Origin: Octopus vulgaris
Lineage: Eukaryota
Length of the DNA stretch: 64,000 nt
Direction: 5' to 3'
Assembly (NCBI GenBank): GCA_951406725.2
Contig: OX597819.1
Coordinates: forward strand, 32,798,001-32,862,000
Shown: positions 12,877-26,639 of the stretch, piece after piece
Layout: every line of letters starts with the position of its first letter
How positions within the stretch are numbered: the stretch's first letter is position 1
Notes under the pieces: model-generated
What the model was told of the DNA's origin: nothing
The model's database searches: none
The model's input: the letters and a program-made list of their open reading frames with translations, nothing else
Made by a program: the position numbers and the translations under genes

Positions 12877-12936
12877 GGTCCCGGGTTGATTCGGGGTTAA
12901 CCACAGTAAGTAAGGTACTCAATACATAGCAGAGTA
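12874..12936. mobile_element. Truncated copy of the 63492-63690 element
   Basis: GTAGGTCCCGGGTTGA..CGGGGTTAACCACAGTAA..AAGGTACTCAATACATAGCAGAGTA shared with 63492-63554. Confidence 0.8.
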
Positions 12937-13242
12937 TATATATACTAAGTAATTAAGGGTTTAGCAACGATTTGCCTCACCACACACCGAATTTAGAAAT
13001 AGCAGTCAAAAACTTTTGGCTATTCTTTCTACTTAAAAGGGAGATCCCAGTAAAACCGAAGCACTTAAAAAGCAAACGACACGGGCAAAAGAGAAAGAAA
13101 TGACGAAAATCATTCTATATTAAGTCACTGGTGGTACTGGTGGTACTGGTAATGGCTTACGCTCGCTCTGATACCATGAGTTGAGGTGAGGTCTTCTAGT
13201 ACCTTCAAATTTAATACACAATTATTAATAACTGAGACACAA

Positions 13243-13283
<41 letters not shown>

Positions 13284-13285
<2 letters not shown>

Positions 13286-13659
13286 CGTAAGAGTGGCTGT
13301 GTGGTATGTAGCTTCCGGGTTCAGTTCCACTGCGTGGCAAATTGGGTAAGTGTCTTCTACTATAACCTCGGGCCGACCAAAGACTTGTGAGTGGATTTGG
13401 TAGACGGAAACTGAAAGAACCCCGTCGTATATATGTATATATGTATATATATGTGAGTGTGTATATGTTTTGTGTATACGTTTGTTTGTACGTCTGTGTT
13501 TGTCCCCGCAACATTGCTTGACAACCGATGCTGGTGTGTTTACGTCCCCGTAATTTAGCGGTTCAACAAAAGAGACCGATAGAATAAGTAATAGGCTTAC
13601 AAAAGCGGTGATCCAGCATGGCCACAGTCAAATGACTGAAACAAGTAAAAGAGTAAAAG
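13284..13659 (+). mobile_element. SINE family A with small deletions
   Basis: Aligns to 11-420. Confidence 0.9.
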
Positions 13660-13698
13660 TGTAATATACATATATATATATGCATTTATTTATGTGCG

Positions 13699-13792
<94 letters not shown>

Positions 13793-13793
13793 T

Positions 13794-13832
<39 letters not shown>

Positions 13833-13961
13833 TATGCAACTCAAACAGTGATAGACATAAACCAAAGCATAAATAACAAATAAAATATATATCTAGATCT
13901 CAAAATGGATAAAAATGAATAATCAATATATAGTAAGTAAAAAAAATAAAACTATACTCCC

Positions 13962-14131
<170 letters not shown>

Positions 14132-14132
14132 C

Positions 14133-14165
<33 letters not shown>

Positions 14166-14236
14166 TGTATGTATGTATGTATGTATGTATCTAGCTGGCG
14201 TGATTGTTTTGCTGAAAGATATTTGTACATAGAATT

Positions 14237-14287
14237 GTACAGACAGCCTGTGTTTCAACAATGTTGTGTCTCATCAGCCAGATGTAC
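14237..14287 (-). ncRNA. Hammerhead ribozyme-like motif, intact core but disrupted stem I
   Basis: GTACA-tctgg-CTGATGA-GACA(caacat)TGTT-GAA-ACA(caggc)TGT-C^TGTAC; lies just after decayed ORF 14274-14561. Confidence 0.55.
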
Positions 14288-15126
14288 CCCGGATCAATGA
14301 ATTAACCAAGAGCCGATAGCCTTGTTTATGATTAGATTCAGCATTTTTTTTCGCTGATCCGTGTTGATATCTGGCAATCAATAATAAATTGTAGTCTGTA
14401 TGATGAACAACGAGATTAAAAACGATGACGTGTACATTTTTTCTTGTGATCCGGAACATTCGTCGTACAAAAGCCTGTAAATTTGAGAATACAGACAATA
14501 TAGAATACTCTTTTCGGGGACAGATTTCGTCACGGACTTCTGAATCTTCAACAATCAGCAAAAAAGAAAAAGGATAAAGCTGGCAGCTGTACCTAACGAG
14601 TATATTAAATACAACGCTCTCTGCGTTTGCGTTGCAATTTGATATTGTCCTTTATTTCGCAGTCTGAAATAGAAATGGTGCAAAACCATTGCAAAACAAT
14701 CTGATTCATTCTGTTCTTTGCGTATGTATTAAAAGTGTGTAAATTTCAAAATTTAGGTTACCAAGACATTAGAATTTGAAACAGATTTGAAACAATCATG
14801 AACAGCTCGACGTTCTTAAGAAATCAGAAATGTTTTGCACATGAGTGAGAACGGAGGTGCAGCAAAAGTAACATTCCTTCAATTTTCATATTCAAATTTT
14901 AACTCAAAAGAGGCAATGTTAATAAAAATTACTAAGTGAACAATATGAGTCTCAGTTAATGAAATTTAATATTCTTTATTTTCTTAGCCCTTCGGCTATA
15001 TAATGCTTACGCATACATACATACATATATACATACATATATATATACGTATATAATGTATCATATCTATATATATACACATATATATATACATAATGTA
15101 TTATATATAGATATATGTATATATAT

Positions 15127-15353
15127 CACCGTGATCACCGTGACCGACCTGGCTATCAGATGTTGCTTTTCGCATTGTTTTAGCCTTCAAATGACGCCAC
15201 CCCGCTGGCTAAGCGAGCAGGCCAACAGAAGAAAGAGTGAGAGAAAGTTGTGGCGGAGCCTCAATAAACACTCACAACGCCCGGTCTGGGAATTGAAACT
15301 GCGATCCTACGACCGCGAGTTCGCTGCCCTAACCACTGGGCCATTGCGCCTCC
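15127..15353 (-). mobile_element. SINE family B, tail type 2
   Basis: B head matches 5990-6072; unrelated tail ending (GATCACGGT)-like repeats. Confidence 0.85.
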
Positions 15354-15388
<35 letters not shown>

Positions 15389-15588
15389 ATATATATATAA
15401 TGTATATATATATATATATATACACAATTATATATTATATATTATATATATATACACAATATATATATAATGTATTATATATATATATATATTTAAAACA
15501 TATGTGTATGTATATATATATATATGTATATATATATATGTGTGTGTGTATGTGTGTGTGTATAGATAGATAGATATGCATGTATATA

Positions 15589-15652
<64 letters not shown>

Positions 15653-15657
15653 ATATA

Positions 15658-16955
15658 ATTCGGACTGGTGCTATGAAAACAAAACTACAACACGTACGAA
15701 TTTGGCATTTAATCTCCTTCAAAGTAGTCCCCTTCGGAAGCCACACACTTAATCTAGCGCTGTTACCATTGATGGAAGCATTCCTGGAACTCGTTTTCTG
15801 GGATAATCAGCAGCTTCTTCGTCGCATTCTCTATGATTTCGTTGACGTCTTGAAATCTTCTTTCTTTTAAGTAGGATTTGATATTTGGAAAGAGGAAAAT
15901 GTCGCAAGTGGTGAGATCTGGGGAAAAGCAGTAGCTGTTGGGCCTGGGGAATGCTGTGCTTAACCAAAAATTGCTACACAAACTGCGCTGAATGAGCAGG
16001 TACGTTGTCATGGTGCAATTGCCACACATCGAATGCATGCAACTGTGGCCTTTTCCGATGAATAGCATCTCACATACGCTGCAGAACTTCTTGTTCACTT
16101 CTTGGTAGTACTTCTTGTTCACTGTCTGACCAGGTGGAGTATACAAATGGTAAATAACTCCCTTGTAATCGAAGAAAATGGTCGAAAATGTCTTCACATC
16201 GCTTCGACTCATTCGCGCTTTCTTCGGTCATGAAGAAGCTGGTGTCTTCAACTGCGAAGACTGAGTCTTTGTTTCTGGGTCATAGCCATAGACCCACGAT
16301 TCATCACCCGTTATGACTGTTTTCAAAATGTTTTCATCGTCCTCGACACAATCAAAGAGATCTTGCGCAACTGAAACCCAAGTACTTTTTCGTCAACTGA
16401 ATGCAGTTTTGGCACAAAATTGGCAGACACGCGTCTTATATACAAATCTTCAGTGATAATGGACTGAACTGAACCGTAACTAATCTGCACATCCTCTGAT
16501 AACTCATGAATGTGATTCGACCATTTACCCTCACAGCTGGACGCACATCTGCGATGTTTTTCTCAGTTCTGCTGGCTGCGGGTCTCCCAGAACGTGCATC
16601 ATTATCGACATATTCTCGGCCAACTTGAAAACGTTTGAATCACTTGTACATTTGTGTGCGACTCATACATTCCTCTCCATACACTTTCTGCAACTTTTGC
16701 GTGGACCTATGAGCAGATATCGCCAAACTTTTGGCAAAATTTGATGCAGATTCTTTGCCCAACTTGCTCTGTCGATCACACGCTACATACGCTTCTTCTA
16801 AGCAGTGTTGTAAACAACAGAATTGAGCTAGACCTTTAAAACTTAGGGCACATGCTCAACAAAATTCAGGATCGATCTCTGTCAAGCGGCTTCACTCTGC
16901 GTGTTTTAGCTTCGTTATTATGGCAACTGTGTGAATACTTATTGATCAGGCTACG
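15658..16955 (-). mobile_element. Decayed mariner (DD34D) transposon
   Basis: ITGDESWVYGYDPETK, FFDYKGVI..GQTVNKKYY, LHHDNVPAH, SPDLTTCDIFLFP; right TIR ends in TA, left TIR clipped; stops and frameshifts. Confidence 0.9.
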
Positions 16956-17015
<60 letters not shown>

Positions 17016-17220
17016 GTATTATGTGTGCTTGTGTATGTGTGAAAATATATATGTATACGCATACACAAAAGCGTATACAAATTTACAAGCTGACAAATAA
17101 GCACATACACAGATGATTAATTATATAATGCAATTAAAAGCTAAATATGCACCAAAATACATCGGTCTATGATTACAAATTGATATATTTATGCATAAAT
17201 AAATTATTTGCGAATATTAA

Positions 17221-17345
17221 GCGCGTGTCTTTGTGGTTAGGTTGTTGCATTCGTGATGGTGAGACTGCCGTTTCAATTTCTAGACCGAACGATGCGTTGT
17301 CTTCCCGAGCAAAATGCTTCGTTTCACGTCGCTCTAGTGTATTCA
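17221..17345 (+). mobile_element. Old family C SINE head
   Basis: Diverged match to 7344-7465. Confidence 0.55.
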
Positions 17346-17540
17346 TCCAGGAAAAATACTGCTACGGACCGGTATCTTGTACATAGGGCAATAAATATAT
17401 CGCCACAGAATCCAAGAAACCGGCTTTATGGTCCTTTGACAGCGGAACAATATTTGATCCCCCTCATTTTTTGACAAATTAGCGTCTCTACGCTTGAAAG
17501 CTATTGTGCTGTACCCATAAATATGCATAAATTACACGTA

Positions 17541-17780
17541 TTCTTTTACTCGTATCAGTCATCAGACACTGGTCATGCTGGAGCATTCTTAGTCTAATGA
17601 CTCAATCTTAGAACTTATTCTGTTGTTAAGCCTGGTACTTATTTCATTGGTTTCTATTGCTGAACCGATAAATTATGGATACGTAAACACACCAGTACCG
17701 GTTGTCAAGCGGTGGTGGGGTGAAAACAAAGGCACAAAGACACACACACACACACACACTCTCTCGCAGACATACAGACA

Positions 17781-17816
<36 letters not shown>

Positions 17817-17975
17817 AATACGACAGACTTTCAGTTTCCGTCTAAAAAGTCCACTCACAAGGTTTCGGTTGACCGTAGGTTATATCTGAAGTCACATGCC
17901 CAAGGTGTCACACAAGGAGACTGAACCCGGAGCCATGTGGTTGGGAAGCAAACTTCTTACCTCACAGCTACGCCT
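17541..17975 (-). mobile_element. SINE family A (older copy)
   Basis: Diverged reverse complement of 11-420. Confidence 0.87.
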
Positions 17976-18012
17976 AAATATCATTGTGTAAGCCTTCGTA
18001 TTTTACAAGTAT

Positions 18013-18365
18013 CAGTTAGTTAGTTAGTTAGTTAGTTAGTTAATTTGGCTCAAAAGCAAATAGCAAGGCCATGTAGGGGGACATGGAGTTAAGTACAGGG
18101 TGGTGTTCATGTAAAGAGTTCAGGCCACTTGAGGTCAAGGGAGGCTTTGAACAAAGCGGTCGTCGGCATCTTCACCATCTCGTCTGGCAGCTTGTTCCAC
18201 GGATCCGCAACCCGGACGGAGAAAGCTCCTCTCCTTCGATTGAGATGAAATCGTCGCAAGTAGAGCTTTTCGGAATGACACCGCAGCCGACGCTCGGGAG
18301 CAGGAGTGAAGAACAGCTCTTTCGAGAGGTTAAACTTTCCGCTTATGATGCTGTGGGCGCAGTAT
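18013..18365 (-). mobile_element. CR1-group LINE 3' end
   Basis: ORF 18107-18394: RLRCHSEKL..RRGAFSVRVADPWNKLP..FKASLD; short 3' UTR and (TAAC)n tail. Confidence 0.87.
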
Positions 18366-18845
18366 TGCATATATATCTTAGGTGATAGTCTCAAGCATTC
18401 TCCAAAATTGAAACGTCACTATGGTAAAAACAGACGAACAGACTTGCTTTACCGGCATGTCAGTTTTGGAGAACAGTGATGATCTCTGAAGTTATCGCCC
18501 TTTTACGTTTCAAGTCGCTACCAAGTGACATCAAGTTATTATCAGAACATGCTCAGAAACGTTGGTAATTTCATTAAATCAAGCAATTATATAGTATATT
18601 TTTTAACAAAGACTTAGCATCTGCTTTAGTTCATGTTACAGGCTTCTCTGATTTATTTGTGCTAGCACATTTTCGTTTCTTATGTATATCTATCTATCTA
18701 TCTACCTATCTAACTAACTATCTATCTATCGACTTCTTGTTCTCTCTTCCTAACTCTCTATATATTTATATACACGTATATACATACATAAATACATGCA
18801 TTATATATATATATATATGTATATATATATGTGTGTGTGTGTTTA

Positions 18846-18884
<39 letters not shown>

Positions 18885-18906
18885 AACATAGAAATATATT
18901 ATAATA

Positions 18907-19325
18907 GGCGCAGAAGTGGCTGTGTGGTAAGTAGCTTGCTAACCAACCACATGGTTCCGGGTTCAGTCCCACTGCGTGGCATCTTGGGCAAGTGTCTTCT
19001 GCTATAGCCCCGGGCCAACCAATGCCTTGTGAGTGGATTTGGTTGACGGAAACTGAAAGAAGCCTGTCGTATATATGTATATATATATATATATGTGTGT
19101 GTGTATATATGTTTGTGTGTCTGTGTTTGTCCCCCTAGCATTGCTTGACAACCTATGCTGGTGTGTTTACGTCCCCGTCACTTAGCGGTTCGGCAAAAGA
19201 GACCGATAGAATAAGTACTGGGCTTACAAAGAATAAGTCCCGGGGTCGATTTGCTCGACTAAAGGCGGTGCTCCAGCATGGCCGCAGTCAAATGACTGAA
19301 ACAAGTAAAGGAGAGAGTAAAAGAG
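18907..19325 (+). mobile_element. SINE family A (full length, young)
   Basis: Nearly identical to 49008-49436 and 50026-50462. Confidence 0.93.
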
Positions 19326-19639
19326 AGATATATATAGCAATAATAAATCTCTGAGCGACATGTAAACAGTAGCAGCACCACCTCTCTCTTTACCCCTCTC
19401 TTTGTCTCTGTCTCTCTCCCCTACCTCTCTCTCTCTCTCTCTCACACACGCACAAATTCCCACCCTTGCATATTCTCATAAGTTCATTACATACCAATTT
19501 CAATTATCGTTCTCTCCCACACGTGCACACAAACTCAATCTTTTTCTCTTTTCACAAATTAACGAATATTAAATTTTGAATTTTCTTCTCTCACTGAATC
19601 TTATTCAACCTTTTTCTCCCTTTCTCTAACTGTCCTCGT

Positions 19640-20990
19640 ATATATTTACTTCCCTACCTGTTCACCTGCTTTTCTTTTTTACCTGTTTATTTGTTTACAT
19701 GTTTACGCGCATATTTTACAGTCTACTTCACCATTGTATCTGTTTACATATTCATATATCTTTCTGTTTACCTGTCTACCCGTTCACCTGTATTTTTATT
19801 TACCTGTCCATTAATATATTTACACATATTTACCTGTATATTTATTTACTTGTCAATCTGCTTACAAATTCATGTATCTCTCTACATGTTCACATATCGT
19901 TTTGTTTATCTGTCTATTTATTTACCTGTTTTCGCGTACCTTTCTGTCTAATTGTTTACCTATCAACTTGTTTACATATTCACATATCTTCCCACCAGTC
20001 TACCTGTTTACCTATCTTTTTGTTTACCTGTCAATTTATTTACATGTTTATGCACCTTTCTATTTATCTGTCTACCTCTTCGCCTATCAACTCATTCTAT
20101 TCACCTCTCTACCAGTTCACCTGTCTACATGCATTTCTGTTTCATTGCCTATGTTTCCTTTCACTTCACCTGTGTACCTGTTCACGTATCTACCTGTCTG
20201 CTATCGCATTACCTTCTCTGCGCCTTCTCTCTTTCTCTTCTTTGCTCATCCATCACCTATCCTTCTTTTCTCTTTCCATCTTTTTCTGTTTCTGTATCTG
20301 TTCGCTATTTACTCCTCCTTTCTCTCTCTCTTTCTCAATTCCCCATTCTCTCTCTCTCTCTCTCTCTCGCTCTCTCTCGCTTTGTCTCTATTGCTCTCTC
20401 GTTCTGTTTCTCACTCGCTCGCTCTATCACTTTCTCCCATTCTTTCCCCGAGCTTCTATTTCTCTCTCAAACACTTTTCTACTCTCTCACTGTCTCTCCC
20501 CTCTCTCCGTTTCACTCCATCTCCGTCTCTCTCTCCTTCCGTCTCTCTGTCTCTCTCCGTCTCGTATTCGCTCACCTTTCCCGCTCTTTTTCGATCTCTC
20601 TTATTTCTCCCTCCCCCAATTTCTCTCTTTCTCACTCTCCTACTTTTCTACTCTCTCCCTTCTCTTCACGTAACATTTCTGAATACCATCTACCTTTCAC
20701 TCTATTCCTCTCTCTCTCTCTTTCTCTTTCTCTTTCTCTCACCCCCTCCTTTCTCTTTGTCCCTATGATCATGTGCATAAGAATTTTCCTTCTTCTTCGC
20801 TCCACAACCACTATCGGACTATCAATCTACAAATTGACCATTTATTTGTTCACCAGTCTGCATACTACTCTGTTTGTCTGTCTACCTGTTCACATACTTT
20901 CCTGCCAACCTGTTCACATACGGACAGGTCTTTGTGTTTACTTGTCTGCCTAGTTTCAAGTCTATTTATATTTGTATCGCCATTCATTTA

Positions 20991-21057
<67 letters not shown>

Positions 21058-21150
21058 CAGGAAAATTTCTCAACTCCCCGTGTATGTATGTATGTATGCA
21101 TAAAAGTATGTATGTATGTATGTAAGTATCTATCTATCTATCCATCCATC

Positions 21151-21218
<68 letters not shown>

Positions 21219-21338
21219 CATCTTTCTATCTATCTATCTATCTATCTATATATATATATCTACCTATCTATCCCTCTATCTATCCATCTATCCCTCTATC
21301 TATCTATCTATCTATCTATCTACCTATCTATCTGTCTG

Positions 21339-21415
<77 letters not shown>

Positions 21416-21420
21416 ATGTC
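19640..21420. repeat. Pyrimidine-rich low-complexity block: degenerate TTTACCTG repeats, (CT)n, (TCTA)n
   Basis: Read directly; explains long spurious ORFs 19699-20953. Confidence 0.85.
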
Positions 21421-21529
21421 TATTAGTTGCGAATGTTTTTACATGTAACCAATGCATTAATAACATTCTTCTATTAAAAGAAATTATTTATTCGTTAATT
21501 CGTTGTTGATCACTCATTGTTCCCATGAT

Positions 21530-21860
21530 AAGGTTACGTTCAGACGGAGTTTGTCGGCATCGAGAATTGGAAACAAGAAAAAGCAAGACAAAATACCCAC
21601 CAAAAAGTCAATTAAACGTACGCAGTGAATATATTAGATTGACGCTAAGTGAAAGCTTTAGATGGAAAAATAGGAGTGGAAATGACGTTTCGAACATGGC
21701 TCTTCATCAGAAAAAGAGTAAAAAGTCGGGAGAAGAGGAAAAGAAGGAAGGAAAAGACAGTTCGGAGAAAGCACTGGTCTGTAAGCTTTGAATTAGGGAT
21801 CTTAGACATAGATTCTTCTGACGGAGGTTAGGAATATTTTTGATAGAAATATCGATCCAA
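21530..21860 (-). mobile_element. Penelope-like 3' end with minimal hammerhead at 21680-21716
   Basis: Minus strand TTTT-CTGATGA-A-GAGC(cat)GTTC-GAAACGTC; upstream peptide LRQKNLCLRSLIQSLQT resembles a PLE C-terminus. Confidence 0.6.
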
Positions 21861-21870
21861 AGAGCTCTAA

Positions 21871-22060
21871 AGACACTTTATTTCACGTTGCTCAAGTTCC
21901 CTCAGCTGTAGAAATGAGTTGTAACGTCAGTGATGCCAAGCTGTGTCGGCCTTTGCCTTTCCCTTCGATAAAATCGGTCTGGTATGCATTGGCAACTGCT
22001 GGTCTTCCATAAACAACCTTGCTTGGACTTCTGACTCGGAGGGGAACTTTCAAGGGTGTC
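21871..22060 (+). mobile_element. 5'-truncated SINE family C, tail type 5
   Basis: Aligns to 7436-7672. Confidence 0.85.
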
Positions 22061-22080
22061 TTTACGTAGATACACACACG

Positions 22081-22119
<39 letters not shown>

Positions 22120-22241
22120 ATACGTACGCGCGACACACGTAAACATGAGCCAGTATTTTCTTCTATTGCATACTTATATATAAAAGTACTAAGTCGATTC
22201 ATTCAATGAAACCTATACATGTATCTATTATATCTATTATA

Positions 22242-23446
22242 TAGAGTGCGGCGAATAAACTGTCGTTTAAATTACACAAAAATGAAAATAACACTGACAT
22301 CACATTTTCACAGATATATTTACCAAAATTACATAAACATATCTTGAAATACTAAAGAGTAAATTTATTTAATAAAATCAACCACTTCGGAATCTCCTGC
22401 AATTCTTCTGGACGGTCTCTTTGATTAGGTTGGTCAACGCTGCCTTAATCCTTGCCTTTAGTTTATCTTCGGTGTCACAAAGAGTTTTGTTGGTCTCTCG
22501 CTCAACTGCGCCCCACACATAATAATCAAGGGGGTTGCTGTGTGAGGAGTTAGGTGGTCAGATGTTAGGAGTGATTAATCGCAGAAGTTGTTTGGGTTGT
22601 CCTGCATGTGTAGTACGGTGTAGAATCCTGCTATCAGACATAGGGTCTTCCAGCAGCCACCCTCTTGACCCCAGGGCAGCACTACCTCCTCCAGGCATTT
22701 GACGTAGGCCTCCGCGTTGAGTTTGAAGACGTGTGGGAAGATGAATTAAGGCATAGCATCGCCATCACTAGTGACCACTCCAAACAACTTCATAATCACC
22801 ATTAAACTCATCCAACTCTTTCCGAATCCTCTGCACTTACCTCGCGCGGATATCAAGCAGTACAGCATGTCGTTTGAAAATTTCTGGCCAAGTCATGGTG
22901 CTGTTTTTCTCACAGACGGTGCCCAACTGGATGGAAGCACTCCGTCGGTTACGACGACGAGGGTTCCGGTTGATCCGATCAACGGAACAGCCTGCTCGTG
23001 AAATTAACGTGTAAATTAACGTGTAAATTAACGTGAAATTAACGTGGCTGAGCACTCCACAGACACGTGTACCCTTAACGTAGTTCTCGAGGATATTCAG
23101 CGTGACACAGAGAGTGACAAGGCCGGCCCTTTGAAATACAGGTACAACAGAAACAGGAAGTAAGAGTGAGAGAAAGTTGTGGTGAAAGAGTACAGCAGGG
23201 ATCACCACCATCCCCTGCCGGAGCCTCGTGGAGCTTTAGGTGTTTTCGCTCAATAAACACTCACAACGCCCGGTCTGGGAATCGAAACTGCGATCCTACG
23301 ACCGCGAGTCCGCTAGCCCTAACCACTGGGCCATTGCGCCTCCACGGTGCCCAACTATAGAGTGTAGCCGACAAAATCAAAAACAAACAAAGCGCATGCG
23401 CGAGATTAAAAGTATAAAATGGCCACAATTTACCCATCACGCCCTG
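22242..23446 (-). mobile_element. Deleted Tc1/mariner-superfamily (maT/DD37D-like) transposon, interrupted by a SINE
   Basis: Minus strand FGVVTSDG..FIFP..LNAEAYVKCLEEVVLPW, QQDS, WPPNS..NPLDYYVWGAVERETN; degenerate TIRs next to TA. Confidence 0.75.
22929..23343 (-). mobile_element. SINE family B, tail type 1, nested in the transposon
   Basis: 13-bp TSD ACGGTGCCCAACT at 22916-22928 and 23344-23356. Confidence 0.93.
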
Positions 23447-23451
23447 TATAT

Positions 23452-23488
<37 letters not shown>

Positions 23489-23492
23489 CGTT

Positions 23493-23528
<36 letters not shown>

Positions 23529-24026
23529 CATACACGAAACTATCAGGCCTTGAGTCCCTCTGTTGTTTCTGCTAAATATTTATTAAAAAAATAAGTATAC
23601 AAATACATATCTATATGCATATATAAATAAATAAATAAATAAATACACACACATACACACACACATATATATATATACATACATGTGCGTGTGTGTGATA
23701 GTATGTGATAGTATGTGAGAGTGCATTTCTCCACATGTAAACAAATAGATGAATTTACCTGCGTGTATATATGTAAATATTTTTATATAGATACGACAGA
23801 TAGTTAGAGAGAGAGAGAGAGAAAGAGAGAGAGAGGGAGAGAGAGAGAGAGAATGAAAGAGACAGATGAAGAGATAGGGTGAGAGCGAGAAAGCGTGTGT
23901 CAGTCTGTGTTCAGTTACATCTGTGCGCATGCGTGTATTTGTATATGCATTTGACTGTATTTGAATACACACACACACAAACACACACACACGCACACAC
24001 ACACACACACACACGCACACTCAAGA

Positions 24027-24214
24027 GGGTGCTGAAAAGTTCCTGGCTTTAAGGGTGTCGCGAAAGGACTGGCTTCCGAGTTCTTAGAAAAACTGAAGGA
24101 CTGCTGCACTAAATGTGTGAACCCGAGAGGGGAATGAATATGTTGAATAAAATCGCAATTAATTGATCCTCCTGTATTTTCTTTTACCCAAAACCGAGGA
24201 ACTTTTCAGCACCC
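24027..24214 (+). mobile_element. Mariner-derived MITE
   Basis: Perfect 18-bp inverted repeats GGGTGCTGAAAAGTTCCT; remnant of mariner C-terminus (KCVNPRGE..YVE*). Confidence 0.82.
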
Positions 24215-24398
24215 AGCCTCCGCCCCCAAACATTATTAAGATTAAAATAAAAAAATTATCCTCTCAAAGAAGCCATCTATACTCCTCATTCTTCTAAATA
24301 TATATATAATACTGTACCAAAGAACTTTCTCCTATAAATGTGTGTGCGTGTGTATGCATCTAAGTATGAATGTATGTGAGTGTGCGTCTTGTACTCAA

Positions 24399-24436
24399 TA
24401 CTACTACTACTACTACTACTACTACTACCACACCAT

Positions 24437-24471
<35 letters not shown>

Positions 24472-24500
24472 TTACTACTACACTACTACTACTACTACAT

Positions 24501-24545
<45 letters not shown>

Positions 24546-24546
24546 T

Positions 24547-24582
<36 letters not shown>

Positions 24583-24604
24583 AACTACTACTACTACCAC
24601 CACC

Positions 24605-24636
<32 letters not shown>

Positions 24637-25421
24637 ATCTACTACTACTACAACTACTACTACCACTACTACTACTACTGTTGTTGTTGTTGTTGTTGCT
24701 ATTAGCGCTGCTGTTGTTGTTGTCACTGTTGCTGCGCGGCTGCTTCTGTGGTCTCCACCGTAGTACATGCTTTGTTTTGTTTTGTTGTGTATTGCTTTTT
24801 TTTCCCCTCAAATCCGTTGCCGTTGCCGTTTGTTCTTGTTGTTGTTTGTTATCGCCGTTGTTATTGGTCTCCAGTTGATGTTTATAGCTGCGAATGCTGG
24901 TTGTCGTTGCTATTGTTATTCCCGTAATTAATGTTGCGTCTGTTGTTACAACGTTACTGTTGCTATCGCTATTGTTGTTGATACTACAAAGTCTCTTACT
25001 ATTATATCATTAATGTTGCCATTTCTGTCTGCTACCTGGTCTTGTTGTTGTTGTTGCTGTTTGCTGTTGACATCATTATTACTACTGCTGTTGCTATTGC
25101 TGCTGCTGCTGCTTCTACTACTGCTGCTGCTGCTGCTTCTATTTCTGCGGTTGTTATTGCTGCTACTGTCGCTGTGCTATTACGAGCGTTGTTGATGTAT
25201 CACTGTTGCTAATGTTATTGTTCTTATTGTTGTTGACAATGCCCTGCTATTACTGTTATTGTTGCTATTTCTGTTGTTGCTGTTGTTGCTATTGCTCATG
25301 TCATCGTAGATGTTCTTACTATCATTACAGTAGATGTTGATATTGATAATTATGTCACCATTGCTATTATTTGTGCAACTGTTGTTGCTAACATTGCTGC
25401 TGGTACTACTACTACAACATA

Positions 25422-25497
<76 letters not shown>

Positions 25498-25830
25498 CTC
25501 TTTCATATTATTGTTATTGCTATTATTATAAGTAGTAGTGGCAGTAGCAGTGGCAGCGGCAGAAGCAGCAGCAGCAGCAGTTGTAGTAGTAGTTAGTAGT
25601 AGTAGTAGTAGTAGCACTATTTTTGTAGAAGGATAAGGGAAGGAGGAGGAGAGAAGGGGGAGGAGGAAAACAGGCGGAGGACAGAAGGGGAGAACAGGAG
25701 GAGTACAAAAGGGGAGGAGAAAGAGGACAGGACAGAAGGAATAGGAAGAGGAGTAGAAGGAGGTGGAAGAGATGAGGAGAAAGAGGAGGAGGAAATGGAA
25801 GGGGAGAAGGAGAAGGAAGAGCAACTGCTA
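24399..25830. repeat. Compound trinucleotide block (CTA/CCA/TGT/CTG/AAT/TAG) plus purine-rich GGA tract
   Basis: Read directly. Confidence 0.92.
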
Positions 25831-25917
25831 TTGTTATTTCAGCTTTCTTTATTGCAAATTGTTTTTTCGATTTGCAATTATCAAAGTTATTATATATACT
25901 ATATATATATATATATT

Positions 25918-26636
<719 letters not shown>

Positions 26637-26639
26637 ATT

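Noticed and set aside
19699-20953. Three overlapping ~300-aa ORFs
   Set aside because: Pyrimidine-rich low complexity keeps all three frames open
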